Assembly (NCBI GenBank): GCA_947169285.1
Contig: CAMVPB010000001.1
Location: forward strand, 77,226 to 141,225
Source of the DNA: an uncultured bacterium
GTDB taxonomy: Bacteria; Bacillota_I; Bacilli_A; RF39; UBA660
Direction of reading: 5' to 3'
DNA: 64,000 bases
The notes below the pieces were generated by a model. It had not been told where the DNA came from. It saw only the letters and a program-made list of their open reading frames with translations, and ran no database searches. How positions within the stretch are numbered: the stretch's first letter is position 1; the number at the start of each line of letters is the position of its first letter. Positions 46,928 through 57,138 of the stretch are shown here, piece after piece. A program made the translations under genes and the position numbers.

Positions 46928-48334
46928 ATGAAAAAAATGATATATGACACCAATGAATTTCCACCTATTGGTAAGGCTATTATATTAGCATTTCAACATG
47001 TTTTTGCAATGTTTGGAGCAACAGTACTAGTACCAATATTAGTAAATGCTGCTGCTGGTAAAGAAGTATTAACAATACCAGTTGCATTAGTCGCTTCAGG
47101 TATAGGAACACTTATCTACATTGCATGTACAAGAGGAAAATCACCAGTTTATTTAGGAAGCTCATTTGCTTTTATCGCACCACTTGCAGCTGCATATTTA
47201 AAAGGAGGAATAAGTGGAGCTATGACAGGGATAATGGCAGTAGGTCTTGTTTATGTTATAGTTGCATTAATAATTAAATTTGCCGGAAAGAATTGGTTAG
47301 AGAAACTTCTACCTCCAGTAATAATAGGGCCAATGATAATGGTAATTGGATTAGGACTTGCTGGAAGTGCTATTGGAAATATAGGACTTACAGCTGATTC
47401 AGTATTCAACTGGAAAAATCTAGTAGTTGCAATAGTTGCATTCTTAGTAACAGCTCTTACTATGACAAGAGCAAAAGGATTCTTAAAAGTTATACCTTTC
47501 TTAATTGGTATAATATCAGGATTTGTAGTAGCAGCTATCTTAGGAATGGTAGACTTCACACTAGTTAAAGAAGCAAAATGGTTTGCACTTCCTAAATTTA
47601 TATTGCCTTTCAAAGATTATAAATTAAATTTTGCTGCACTTTTAACAATAGTTCCAGTAGCACTTGTTACAATATGTGAACATATCGGAGATCACACTTC
47701 ACTTTCAAATATAGTAGGTAAAGACTTAATAAAAGATCCAGGACTAGATAGAACACTTATGGGAGATGGTATCGCAACATTCGTAGCTGGTTTACTTGGA
47801 GGACCTGCTAATACAACATATGGAGAAAATACTGCAGTAGTTGGTATGACAAGAGTTGCTTCAGTCAAAGTAATTGGGCTTGCTGGGATATTCGCAATCA
47901 TACTTGGTTTCTTAGGAAAATTCACTGCATTAGTTTCACTAATACCTGCACCAGTTTTAGGTGGTGTATCATTACTTCTTTACGGATTCATAGCTGTTAA
48001 CGGATTAAAAGTATTAATCAAAAATCAAATCAATTTTGAAGACAATAAAAACATTGCAATTGCTTCATCAATGCTAGTAATTGGTTTAGGAGGAGCTACT
48101 ATATCAATCGTAACTGGTAATGTTAACTTAGTTATATCTGGTATGAGCTTATCTGCAATAATAGGTATCATACTTAATTTAATACTTAAAAGCGATGCAG
48201 AGCCAACTGTAACAGAAATCACTAGAAACGATGAACTAAGAAGTTTCAAAAAAGAAATAAAAGATGAATTGACAGTAGAACTTACAAGTGAAATAATCAA
48301 TAAAATAAAAAGAGAATTGAAAAAAAGTAACTAA
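46928..48334 (+). CDS. uracil/xanthine permease (NCS2 family)
   Basis: 468 aa, 12-14 TM, NCS2-type motifs. Confidence 0.8.
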   Translation: MKKMIYDTNEFPPIGKAIILAFQHVFAMFGATVLVPILVNAAAGKEVLTIPVALVASGIGTLIYIACTRGKSPVYLGSSFAFIAPLAAAYLKGGISGAMTGIMAVGLVYVIVALIIKFAGKNWLEKLLPPVIIGPMIMVIGLGLAGSAIGNIGLTADSVFNWKNLVVAIVAFLVTALTMTRAKGFLKVIPFLIGIISGFVVAAILGMVDFTLVKEAKWFALPKFILPFKDYKLNFAALLTIVPVALVTICEHIGDHTSLSNIVGKDLIKDPGLDRTLMGDGIATFVAGLLGGPANTTYGENTAVVGMTRVASVKVIGLAGIFAIILGFLGKFTALVSLIPAPVLGGVSLLLYGFIAVNGLKVLIKNQINFEDNKNIAIASSMLVIGLGGATISIVTGNVNLVISGMSLSAIIGIILNLILKSDAEPTVTEITRNDELRSFKKEIKDELTVELTSEIINKIKRELKKSN

Positions 48335-48339
48335 ATAAA

Positions 48340-48368
48340 AAACTTCTAAATTAGAAGTTTTTTTATGC
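48340..48368. terminator. bidirectional terminator AAAAAACTTCTAAATTAGAAGTTTTTTT
   Basis: Hairpin between convergent permease and ABC-2 genes. Confidence 0.65.
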
Positions 48369-49973
48369 ATTTATTTCATTAAAAATTTTAGTACCTTTAT
48401 TCTTTAAGTATGATATTAAAATAACACACAATATTATTCCAACTAATAAAGTTCCTAATATTGATATATCTATTGATGTTAATGCAAGAATTAATACCAT
48501 AATACCAGCATTTATCCCTATTAAAGCAAATCCTAACATAACAGCTATAAATGAACTCATACTTTGTTTAACTACTTCTGTATCATTATCAGCATCCATC
48601 TTCGGATATTTTAGATTAGCTATTATACCTACTAAGCTAGATATTAATGGATATACTATAGAACACATTATTAATAATAACATCTCAAATATATTTAAAT
48701 TAAATCTAATAAATAAAATTATATCTCCTACTAATAAGAAAGAAAATGAAATTAATACAGTAGTTAAAACTTTAGCTAATATTATTTTAAATGGTTTAAC
48801 GGGTAAACTTTTTAATATATTAAAAGATCTTCCTTCTAAAGATATCATAGAACATGTCATAGATGATGTGAATGAAGAAGCAACTATCAAAATAAATATT
48901 ACAATTGGTATATATGATTTAATAGTGCTCACTGTAATTAATGATTCTTCATTTATTAAAGATGCAGCAATACTATCAAATTTAACTACTAATAGTATAC
49001 TTCCTATTAAGAACAAAACTAAACCAAATGTAGCATTAGCAACAAATACTGGAGTATTAATTATTCTATTTAATTCTTTTTTAATAATAGATTTTATTAC
49101 ACTATTTTGTTTAATTTTATATTTACCATTATTATGAGATATACTTACTGATTTAACATTAGAATTTATTTTGAAATAAAACTTACTTAATAATAATATT
49201 GATCCACCAAATAATAGTACATTTATTAAAATAAATTTAAATAATTCTAATATGTTAAAATCTCTAACCAATCTTATATAAGCAGCGGCTGGATAATATA
49301 GTTTAGTAATAAATCCATTTATTTTATTAGCGTTAATTACTAAATCTTCAACTAGATTATCTATATTAAATGAGACATATAACATAGACAATGTAAATAT
49401 CATAACTATTATTATTTGAGCAATATTTTTATATTTAAATTTAGATGAAGAATATGCAGAAATAAATCCTATTACAGAAGATATAACTATCGGAATTATA
49501 GGAAGTAATAATAGCATCAATAATGAAACTATATAATATGAAACTTCTACATTACCATATCTAATATATGCTACCATGGCTGGTAACATAAATAACGCAT
49601 TATAAACTACTTCAAATAAATAAAACTTAAATATTCTAACAAACAATATTGTAGATTTTTTAATAGGTAAAGAAAATAATAAATTATCATCTTTAGTATT
49701 AAATAAAAGACCACCCGATTTATATATTCCCTCAACTAAAGTTAACATAAATGATACAAGTACAAATAGCGTTAATGCAACGTACTCTAAATTTGCTTTA
49801 GAAAGAGGTTCCATTATCATATTTGCGTAACTCCATACTGAGAAAGAACAAATAATAAATAATACTATTGGTAAAACAATTTTAGATGACTTTTTTTCAC
49901 TTTTACTTTTAATTTTAAATAATTGCATATTGCTTGACATACAAGCTTTTAATAGAGATATTAATTTTTTCAT
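48363..49973 (-). CDS. ABC-2-type transporter permease-like polytopic membrane protein
   Basis: 536 aa, >10 TM; paired with ATPase downstream. Confidence 0.55.
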   Translation of the reverse strand: MKKLISLLKACMSSNMQLFKIKSKSEKKSSKIVLPIVLFIICSFSVWSYANMIMEPLSKANLEYVALTLFVLVSFMLTLVEGIYKSGGLLFNTKDDNLLFSLPIKKSTILFVRIFKFYLFEVVYNALFMLPAMVAYIRYGNVEVSYYIVSLLMLLLLPIIPIVISSVIGFISAYSSSKFKYKNIAQIIIVMIFTLSMLYVSFNIDNLVEDLVINANKINGFITKLYYPAAAYIRLVRDFNILELFKFILINVLLFGGSILLLSKFYFKINSNVKSVSISHNNGKYKIKQNSVIKSIIKKELNRIINTPVFVANATFGLVLFLIGSILLVVKFDSIAASLINEESLITVSTIKSYIPIVIFILIVASSFTSSMTCSMISLEGRSFNILKSLPVKPFKIILAKVLTTVLISFSFLLVGDIILFIRFNLNIFEMLLLIMCSIVYPLISSLVGIIANLKYPKMDADNDTEVVKQSMSSFIAVMLGFALIGINAGIMVLILALTSIDISILGTLLVGIILCVILISYLKNKGTKIFNEINA

Positions 49974-49974
49974 A

Positions 49975-50679
49975 TTAACCCTCTAATTCTAAGAACACTT
50001 TTTCTAGAGATTTATCACCTTTTATTTGCTTCATACTGCCAACTTTAATTAATTCTCCATTTTTGATAATAGCTACTCTAGAACATAATTTTTCAGCTAC
50101 ATCCAAAATATGAGTTGAAAAGAAAATTGTTTTACCTTCTTTAATCATTTCCTTCATAACTTCTTTAATATCGTAAACAGCTTTAGGATCAAGACCTACA
50201 AAAGGTTCATCCATAATTAATATCTTTGGATCATGAGCAAGAGCAGATATAATAGCTATTTTTTGCTTCATTCCATGTGAGAAAGAATTAATAGTATCGT
50301 TTAGATTATTCTCTATTTCAAATAATTTAGCATACTTACTAATATTCTTTTGCCTTTCTTCAATGGAAACGTCATACATATCACATATAAAATTAATAAA
50401 ATCTATAGCTTTCATATTTTCATATAGCTCAGGATTGTCCGGAACATATGCCATATCTTTTTTACAAGCAATAGGATCTTCTTTTATAGATTTACCGTTA
50501 ATTAAAATATCACCTTCATCAAAATCATGAATACCAACAATAGATTTAATTAATGTTGTTTTACCTGCTCCATTGTGTCCTATAAAAGCAAATATTTCTC
50601 CATCCTCCACATCAAAAGAAACATCTTTAACTGCTACCTTACTACCATATTTTTTAGTTACATTTTTAATTTCAATCAT
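49975..50679 (-). CDS. ABC transporter ATP-binding protein
   Basis: Walker A GHNGAGKTT, signature FSHGMKQK; start moved to MIEIKNV after GAGG RBS. Confidence 0.85.
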   Translation of the reverse strand: MIEIKNVTKKYGSKVAVKDVSFDVEDGEIFAFIGHNGAGKTTLIKSIVGIHDFDEGDILINGKSIKEDPIACKKDMAYVPDNPELYENMKAIDFINFICDMYDVSIEERQKNISKYAKLFEIENNLNDTINSFSHGMKQKIAIISALAHDPKILIMDEPFVGLDPKAVYDIKEVMKEMIKEGKTIFFSTHILDVAEKLCSRVAIIKNGELIKVGSMKQIKGDKSLEKVFLELEG

Positions 50680-50716
50680 AATTATACCTCTACGTATAAT
50701 TATAACATACATTATA

Positions 50717-51475
50717 TTATTTTTTTCTTATATAAGTTATATTCAATACTATTATTATAAAACTTAAAATTGTTAAAACTATAAAAGCAAAAGTAGGTAT
50801 TCTAGTACCATTACTAGTAAACATATTAGATAGTTTAGGGACTTTTTTATTATAAATACCAATAAAATTGTTTTTAGTTACATTATAATTATCATTATAT
50901 AAATTATTATCACCTTTAGTAGTTAATATTGTGTTATTGCTTTCATTTTTTAAAACCTTTACCACTCTATGAACTATTTCAAATCCATCATTATAATAAA
51001 CTATAATATCGTTTTCTTTAATTTTATTAATATCAACTACTTCATATATTATTGATTCTTTTGATTTGATTGTTGGACTCATACTGTTACTATACATAGT
51101 TGATATTCTACCTTCATATTTTTTAGGAATAATATACCCATATATAGAAACCAATGAAAATATAACAAACATTATGTCAATTACAGCAATAAGAAATAAT
51201 TTAAATACATTAATCTTTCTTTTTTCATGTTTCAATATACTAACAATCGTTTTATTCTCATCTTTTACTTTTTCACCATTTAGTATTTCTAAAACACTGA
51301 CATTTAATTCTTTTGATAACGGAATTAATAATGATATATCAGGTGTCCCCCTTCCAGTTTCCCATCTTGATATTGCCTTTTCAGTTACATTAAGTTTTTT
51401 AGCAAGTTCTTCTTGAGTAAGACCAAGTTCTTTTCTTTTAGTTTTTATTAAACTTCCTATTTTATTTAAATCCAT
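50717..51475 (-). CDS. HTH_XRE DNA-binding domain fused to membrane-anchored SipW/ER-type signal peptidase I (S26) domain
   Basis: N-terminus LIKTKRKELGLTQEELAKKLNVTEKAISRWETG (XRE HTH); TM; SNSMSPTI...ENDIIVY...VHRVVKV...TKGDNN (Ser/His-type S26 motifs); C-terminal TM. Track start GTG at 51490; ATG at 51475 after AAAGGAG. Confidence 0.6.
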   Translation of the reverse strand: MDLNKIGSLIKTKRKELGLTQEELAKKLNVTEKAISRWETGRGTPDISLLIPLSKELNVSVLEILNGEKVKDENKTIVSILKHEKRKINVFKLFLIAVIDIMFVIFSLVSIYGYIIPKKYEGRISTMYSNSMSPTIKSKESIIYEVVDINKIKENDIIVYYNDGFEIVHRVVKVLKNESNNTILTTKGDNNLYNDNYNVTKNNFIGIYNKKVPKLSNMFTSNGTRIPTFAFIVLTILSFIIIVLNITYIRKK

Positions 51476-51563
51476 TTTTTCTCCTTTCACTAAAATTATA
51501 AAAATATGTGTTATATTAAATCAACCTACTAATCGTAGGATTTAAACTTTATACAATGAAGAA

Positions 51564-51592
51564 ACAAAAAAAGTTCGAATAAATCGAACTTT
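51564..51592 (-). terminator. Rho-independent terminator downstream of rpsI (AAGTTCGA-tttatt-TCGAACTT + T-run on minus strand)
   Basis: Seen in sequence. Confidence 0.65.
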
Positions 51593-51597
51593 TCATA

Positions 51598-51990
51598 TTA
51601 TCTCTTACTGAATTGTGGAGCACGTCTTGCTTTCTTTAAACCATATTTCTTACGTTCTTTACTTCTAGCATCTCTTGTGATCATTCCAGCAGATTTTAAA
51701 GTAGCTCTTAATTCTGGATTATATTCCATTAAAGCTCTTGCAATTCCTAAACGAATAGCACCTGTTTGACCACTAAATCCTCCACCTGTAACAGTTGCAT
51801 CAACATCTACTTTGTCTAAAGTTTCTGTTAATACTAAAGGTTGTTTTAAATCTATAACTAAAGTTTCGTGAGGCATATATTCGTTAACGTCAACACCATT
51901 AACAGTTATTTTACCTTTTCCTTTTAATAATTTAACTCTAGCTATACTTCTTTTTCTTCTACCAGTAGCAGTATAAACTGATTCAGCCAT
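51598..51990 (-). CDS. rpsI: 30S ribosomal protein S9
   Basis: 130 aa, ...[19 protein letters not shown]...[12 protein letters not shown]. Confidence 0.95.
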   Translation of the reverse strand: MAESVYTATGRRKRSIARVKLLKGKGKITVNGVDVNEYMPHETLVIDLKQPLVLTETLDKVDVDATVTGGGFSGQTGAIRLGIARALMEYNPELRATLKSAGMITRDARSKERKKYGLKKARRAPQFSKR

Positions 51991-52421
51991 TATTTAACCT
52001 CCAATACTTCTGGTTTTTGAGCCTCGTGTTTATGCTCAGCACCTTCGTAAACAAATAATTTTTTAAACATTTGTCTACCTAATCTTCCTTTTGGAAGCAT
52101 ACCCTTAATAGCTCTTTCAACCATTTCAACAGGATATTTTTCTTTCATTTCTCTTGCTGTTCTTTCTCTTAATCCACCAGGAAATCCACTATGATTATAA
52201 TACATTTTTTTATCAAGCTTGTCTCCAGTTAAATTAATTTTACCAGCATTAATAATTATAACATTATCTCCTGAATCTATATGAGGAGTATAAGTTACTT
52301 TATGCTTACCTCTTAATACATGAGCAGATGCGGCAGCAACTTTACCTAAATTCTTGCCATCTGCATCAATAATGTACCAGTTATGTAGAGCATCTTCTTT
52401 TCTCAACATAAATGTTTTCAT
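51990..52421 (-). CDS. rplM: 50S ribosomal protein L13
   Basis: [10 protein letters not shown]... L13 N-terminus; start placed at internal ATG after GGAG RBS (track ORF is N-terminally over-extended into the leader). Confidence 0.9.
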   Translation of the reverse strand: MKTFMLRKEDALHNWYIIDADGKNLGKVAAASAHVLRGKHKVTYTPHIDSGDNVIIINAGKINLTGDKLDKKMYYNHSGFPGGLRERTAREMKEKYPVEMVERAIKGMLPKGRLGRQMFKKLFVYEGAEHKHEAQKPEVLEVK

Positions 52422-52502
52422 TTTAAATTTTCTCCTTCTTTTAAAGTTTATATATTTGCCTTCCCACAGCAATATACTCCCTTTCAAAATGTACCGCTTA
52501 TG

Positions 52503-52531
52503 ATTATACTAAAATTGTACCATCATGTCAA
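52503..52531 (-). promoter_or_regulatory. consensus sigma-A promoter for rplM-rpsI (TTGACA-17-TATAAT on minus strand)
   Basis: Reverse complement reads TTGACATGATGGTACAATTTTAGTATAAT. Confidence 0.7.
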
Positions 52532-52571
52532 TTATATTTTAATTTATTTTACGCAATTACATACAATTTTA

Positions 52572-52600
52572 TTGACAAATAAATACTAAAATTATAAAAT
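52572..52600 (+). promoter_or_regulatory. sigma-A-like promoter for 52638 gene (TTGACA-17-TAAAAT)
   Basis: attgacaaataaatactaaaattataaaat then GGAGGG RBS. Confidence 0.55.
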
Positions 52601-52637
52601 TATGATATGGTAGAAAGATATGGAGGGAAATTAATAA

Positions 52638-53711
52638 ATGGGAAATAAAAAAATTATTGCTATTCTTATCGGTATTTTATTTGCAATTTGTTTTATTTTT
52701 GGAATAGTTGGGTTATTGGAGAGTAAAAAAACTCCACAGGTTAAACCTACAAAAAATTATCAAGTAACTTACAAATATTTTTTAAATGATGTTGAAGTTT
52801 CACAAATGCCAGTTAATCCAAAACAAATAGTAGATGAAGGCAGTTCAGTTGCTTCTAGTATAGAAATGAACGTTGAAGAACTATATGCATTTAACACTGC
52901 AACTTGCACTAATAATGTCACATATACTTGGGATTCTGTAAATTGGAAATTCACACCCTCAAATACAGCTGATTCAACTTGTAGTTTATACTTTGTAACC
53001 ACTTATAATGTTGTAAAAATTGAGGCTACAAATGCCAAAATAACTACTCCTAGTGAAATAAAAGTAAAAAGAGGTGAAGATGCCGTAATCAAAATTACTC
53101 CTAATGAAGGATATGAGTTTGAAAAAGCATCTTGTTCAAATAATGAAGTAGTTGATTGGGATAAAGATGCTAAAGAGTTGATTATCAGAAGCATTACTTC
53201 TGAAACATCATGTAAGGCATCATTTGCAGTAAGCAAATTTAGCGTTGAAGTACAAGTTAATATGGGAAATGGTTCAACAAAAGTAGAATATGAATATGGT
53301 AAAGCAGTAGAAATTAATACTACACCTGCTGAAGAATATGGGAATCCTGAAATAGCGTGTACAAACAATCAAAAAGCATCATGGAAAGATAATGTATTAA
53401 AAATTGATAAATTAACAGATAATACTAAATGTACAGTAACATTTACAAAATTACAATCAAAAACCGAATACATGGCAACATTAAATGTTGGTGATAATGG
53501 AACAATAATATCAGGTGCTAATCCAACAAAAGTTTTAGCTGGTGGATCTATTAACTGGAATATTAGAGTAGCAGAAGGTTATAAGCCTGATGATATAACA
53601 TGTCGTGGAGGTAATGGTGATATTAAACCTTCCGATAACGATTATATTATAACTCTTAAAAACGTTGTAGAAGATGCTGAATGTAGTATAATCTATAAAC
53701 AAGGTGAATAA
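52638..53711 (+). CDS. membrane-anchored surface protein with four ~85-aa Cys-pair repeat domains
   Basis: N-terminal TM; repeats each with C-[TS]-NN...W...C-x-[ASV]-x-[FY]. Confidence 0.5.
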   Translation: MGNKKIIAILIGILFAICFIFGIVGLLESKKTPQVKPTKNYQVTYKYFLNDVEVSQMPVNPKQIVDEGSSVASSIEMNVEELYAFNTATCTNNVTYTWDSVNWKFTPSNTADSTCSLYFVTTYNVVKIEATNAKITTPSEIKVKRGEDAVIKITPNEGYEFEKASCSNNEVVDWDKDAKELIIRSITSETSCKASFAVSKFSVEVQVNMGNGSTKVEYEYGKAVEINTTPAEEYGNPEIACTNNQKASWKDNVLKIDKLTDNTKCTVTFTKLQSKTEYMATLNVGDNGTIISGANPTKVLAGGSINWNIRVAEGYKPDDITCRGGNGDIKPSDNDYIITLKNVVEDAECSIIYKQGE

Positions 53712-53754
53712 AATTCATCTTTTTTTTATTCATTAAAAGTGATATATTGTATTT

Positions 53755-54738
53755 ATGTGGAAAATAAAAAATTTAGAAATTAATAATAGAATAGTATTTG
53801 CTCCTATGGCAGGAATATCCAATATAAGTTACAGAAAAATAATTAAGGAAATGGGGGCTGGATTAATATACTCTGAAATGATAAGTAATATGGGCATTGT
53901 TTATAACAATAAAAAAACAATTAATTTACTTAAAATAGATAATAAAGAAAGACCAATTGCAATACAAATATTTGGGAGTGATATTGATTCATTTGTAAAA
54001 GCTGCTAAATATGTTGAAAATAATATTCATCCAGATATAATTGATATTAATATGGGTTGCCCTGTCCCAAAAGTTGCTCTTAAAAGTCAGGCAGGATCTG
54101 CTTTGTTAAAAGATCCTAATAAAATATATGATATAGTAAAAGCTGTTGTTGATAACACGAATACGCCTATATCAGTTAAAATAAGGAGCGGTTGGGATGA
54201 GAATCACATAAACGCAATAGAAGTTGGCAAAAAAATAGAAAAAGCAGGAGCTTCATTAATATGTATACATGCAAGAACACGCTCCCAAGGTTACTCTGGT
54301 AATGCAGATTGGAATATTATAAAAGAATTAAAGAAAAATGTTAATATCCCAGTAATCGGCAACGGAGATATTAAAACTATTGAAGATGCAAAACGCATGC
54401 TAGATGAAACGGGCTGTGATGCCATAATGATTGGAAGGGCCACCTTAGGAAACCCTTGGTTTATTAAAGAATGTGTTGAATATATTGAAAATAATAAAAC
54501 TATAGAAAAACCAACATATGAAGATAGATTAAATATGATTACAAAACATTTCAATTTGTTAAAAGAAAACACAAACCTTAAGCAAGCATTGCTTGAAATA
54601 AGATCACATGCGTTATGGTATATAAAGTATTTACCAAATAATAAAGAATATAAAAACAAGTTTAATCAAATTAGAAGTGAAGAAGAATTAATAAATTTAG
54701 TAAATGAATATTTAAACAAACTAAAAGATAATTGTTAA
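53755..54738 (+). CDS. dusB: tRNA-dihydrouridine synthase
   Basis: ...RIVFAPMAGISN..., TIM-barrel Dus motifs, 327 aa. Confidence 0.85.
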   Translation: MWKIKNLEINNRIVFAPMAGISNISYRKIIKEMGAGLIYSEMISNMGIVYNNKKTINLLKIDNKERPIAIQIFGSDIDSFVKAAKYVENNIHPDIIDINMGCPVPKVALKSQAGSALLKDPNKIYDIVKAVVDNTNTPISVKIRSGWDENHINAIEVGKKIEKAGASLICIHARTRSQGYSGNADWNIIKELKKNVNIPVIGNGDIKTIEDAKRMLDETGCDAIMIGRATLGNPWFIKECVEYIENNKTIEKPTYEDRLNMITKHFNLLKENTNLKQALLEIRSHALWYIKYLPNNKEYKNKFNQIRSEEELINLVNEYLNKLKDNC

Positions 54739-54740
54739 AA

Positions 54741-55493
54741 TTATCTTTTTAATAATAGTTTAGTATCCTCTATATAGTCTTCAGTAAAAGAATCTAAGTA
54801 TTTATCGGGATAAAACATATAATAACTATTATCTATTACTCGTTTAAACATTTTTGAATCTTTTATAAACTTATTATCTTTATTATTTTTTATTACGTCT
54901 AAAAATTCAATATCATCAATACCATACAATATTGATAATAATAGAAGACTTAAATGTTTATAAGACCACATTAATGTCTTTTTATATTCAATATATCCAG
55001 AAACTTTGTGTGAAACAATAGAATCCATATCACATATTTTTATATTTTTATCATTTATTAATATATTATCTGAGTGTAAGTCCCAATATGCAATTTTATA
55101 TTTTTCTAACTTTATAATTGCATCACATAAAGTTTTACACAAATATATTTTGTCTTTAAAGTTATAACTATTATCTTCAATTAATGAACTTAATTTTCTA
55201 TAATCTTTTAAAAAATCCATTCCATACCCTTTATAATTTAATGGAAATATTTTTGACATATATAAAGAATATTTAGGTAACACATAATGTTCACCAGAAA
55301 TCGAAGCTATATGTTCAATATTTTTATCAAGATCATACAAAAACGATCTTTCTAAATTTGAATTTTTAATATCTTCTCTTATTTCAGGCATTTTTATTAA
55401 ATCATTATCATCAATAAAAATAGTTGAATTTTTATTTATTGAATAGATTCTTAAACTATTAATATAATTTTTGTTTATTACTTTTTTATCCAT
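54741..55493 (-). CDS. protein kinase-like fold protein (CotS/aminoglycoside-phosphotransferase-like)
   Basis: ...IAYWDLHSDNILINDKNIKICDMDS... (HxDxxxxN...D catalytic-loop-like). Confidence 0.4.
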   Translation of the reverse strand: MDKKVINKNYINSLRIYSINKNSTIFIDDNDLIKMPEIREDIKNSNLERSFLYDLDKNIEHIASISGEHYVLPKYSLYMSKIFPLNYKGYGMDFLKDYRKLSSLIEDNSYNFKDKIYLCKTLCDAIIKLEKYKIAYWDLHSDNILINDKNIKICDMDSIVSHKVSGYIEYKKTLMWSYKHLSLLLLSILYGIDDIEFLDVIKNNKDNKFIKDSKMFKRVIDNSYYMFYPDKYLDSFTEDYIEDTKLLLKR

Positions 55494-55614
55494 ATTTTCC
55501 CCTTACATAGCTACATATTATATCATTTTCTAATTAATTATTCAAACATAATCGTACATTAAATTATTGTATTAAAAAAAATAGCGTTGTATAATAATTT
55601 ATGAAGGAGGAAAT

Positions 55615-57006
55615 ATGAAAAAAAATAAGTTATTTAAAATTTTAGCTATTACTATGGTAGTTATTGCATTATTAACTTGGTTTATTCCAGCTGGAAATTA
55701 TAGTGGAGAATTCATTGATGGTGGACTTCAAAGATTAGGTTTTATAGATTTTTGTCAATACTTAATTTTACCATTCTTTCAATCAATGTTTATAGAAGTT
55801 CTTCTATTTTTATTATCAGTTGGTGCTTTTTATGGTATTCTAAGTAAAACTGGAGTTTATAAAAGCAGTATTGAAAAAATAGCTAAAAAATTTAAAAAGA
55901 AAGGAACTTTAGTTTTAATAATCATTGCTGCTTTAATGGCTATATTATCTTCAGTAGGTGGATATGGTTTACTATTATTTGCATTTATTCCAATGATAAT
56001 ATCAATTATATTATTAATGGGATATGATAAAATAACAGCATTTTTAATCACATTTGGTTCAATGCTAATTGGTATTATGTGTGCTACTTTTGGAGGTGTA
56101 GAAGCTACATTATCAGTTCTAAATTTAACATATACTTCACAAATATTCTTTAAATTAGGACTATTTGTTGTATCTTTTGTTATATTTATTCTATTTACTT
56201 TGAAAATTAGTAAAAAGAAATCAAAAGAAGAAAAATTTGAAGATAAATTTTTAGGAAATGAAACTTCTAAGAAAAAGCCTTGTGCTTTATGGATTATTTA
56301 TACACTAGTATTTATATTATTTGTACTAGGATGCACTAAGTGGAGTGAATCATTTGGAATTGATATATTTAGTAAATTCCATGAATGGTTAATGGCTATT
56401 TCAATTAAAGATTTTAATATATTTAATAATATACTTGGAAACAGTACTGTTGCTTTTGGTAATTGGAGCTATTTCCAAATGTCAGTTGTATTAATTGTTG
56501 CTGCTCTAATAATTGCTGCAATATATAAAGTTAAAACATTCGAAGCAATTCTAGATGGTATTAAAACAATTGTTAAACCTGCTTTATTAGTTATATTTAG
56601 TTATGGAATATTGATATTAATTGTTAATAGCGGTATGTTTACAACTTTAATGTCTTATGTATTAACACCATTAAAAAAATTAAATATATTAAGTGCATTA
56701 TTATCAGTTGTAATTAATATAATTGGTTCATTTTTACACATTGAATTACCTTATGTTGCTAATTTCTATTTACCATATTTAGCAGGTACTTTTACAGAAA
56801 GTTACGCACCAGCTATATTAAATGTAATGACACAAGCAACATATGGATTAACAATGTTTATAGCACCTACTAGTTTATTCTTATTATTAGGTCTTTCATA
56901 CTTAGAAATCTCTTATTGTGAATGGCTTAAAAAAATATGGAAATTAATAGTAGCTTTATTACTAGTAATAATTATACTTATTATAATAATGTTATTAGTG
57001 TTATAA
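55615..57006 (+). CDS. polytopic membrane protein, putative transporter (YfcC/DcuC-like?)
   Basis: 463 aa, ~12 TM; family assignment uncertain. Confidence 0.4.
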   Translation: MKKNKLFKILAITMVVIALLTWFIPAGNYSGEFIDGGLQRLGFIDFCQYLILPFFQSMFIEVLLFLLSVGAFYGILSKTGVYKSSIEKIAKKFKKKGTLVLIIIAALMAILSSVGGYGLLLFAFIPMIISIILLMGYDKITAFLITFGSMLIGIMCATFGGVEATLSVLNLTYTSQIFFKLGLFVVSFVIFILFTLKISKKKSKEEKFEDKFLGNETSKKKPCALWIIYTLVFILFVLGCTKWSESFGIDIFSKFHEWLMAISIKDFNIFNNILGNSTVAFGNWSYFQMSVVLIVAALIIAAIYKVKTFEAILDGIKTIVKPALLVIFSYGILILIVNSGMFTTLMSYVLTPLKKLNILSALLSVVINIIGSFLHIELPYVANFYLPYLAGTFTESYAPAILNVMTQATYGLTMFIAPTSLFLLLGLSYLEISYCEWLKKIWKLIVALLLVIIILIIIMLLVL

Positions 57007-57138
57007 TAATATTTAAATATATTTTAAAAAAAGCAATATAAATTCTTAGCAATTAATATTGCTTTTTTATTATTAAAAACTATTTTAAAAAACTTTATTT
57101 TTAATAAAAAAGTATATATAATTATAGTAGGTGAAATT

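Noticed and set aside
51570-51595. tRNA-like GTTCGAAT motif
   Set aside because: It is the stem of a simple terminator hairpin (AAGTTCGA...TCGAACTT) after rpsI. No cloverleaf or acceptor stem is present.
51990-52487. N-terminal extension of rplM ([22 protein letters not shown]...) given by the ORF track
   Set aside because: L13 starts at the internal MKTFMLRK with a GGAG RBS. The extension covers the leader and promoter region.
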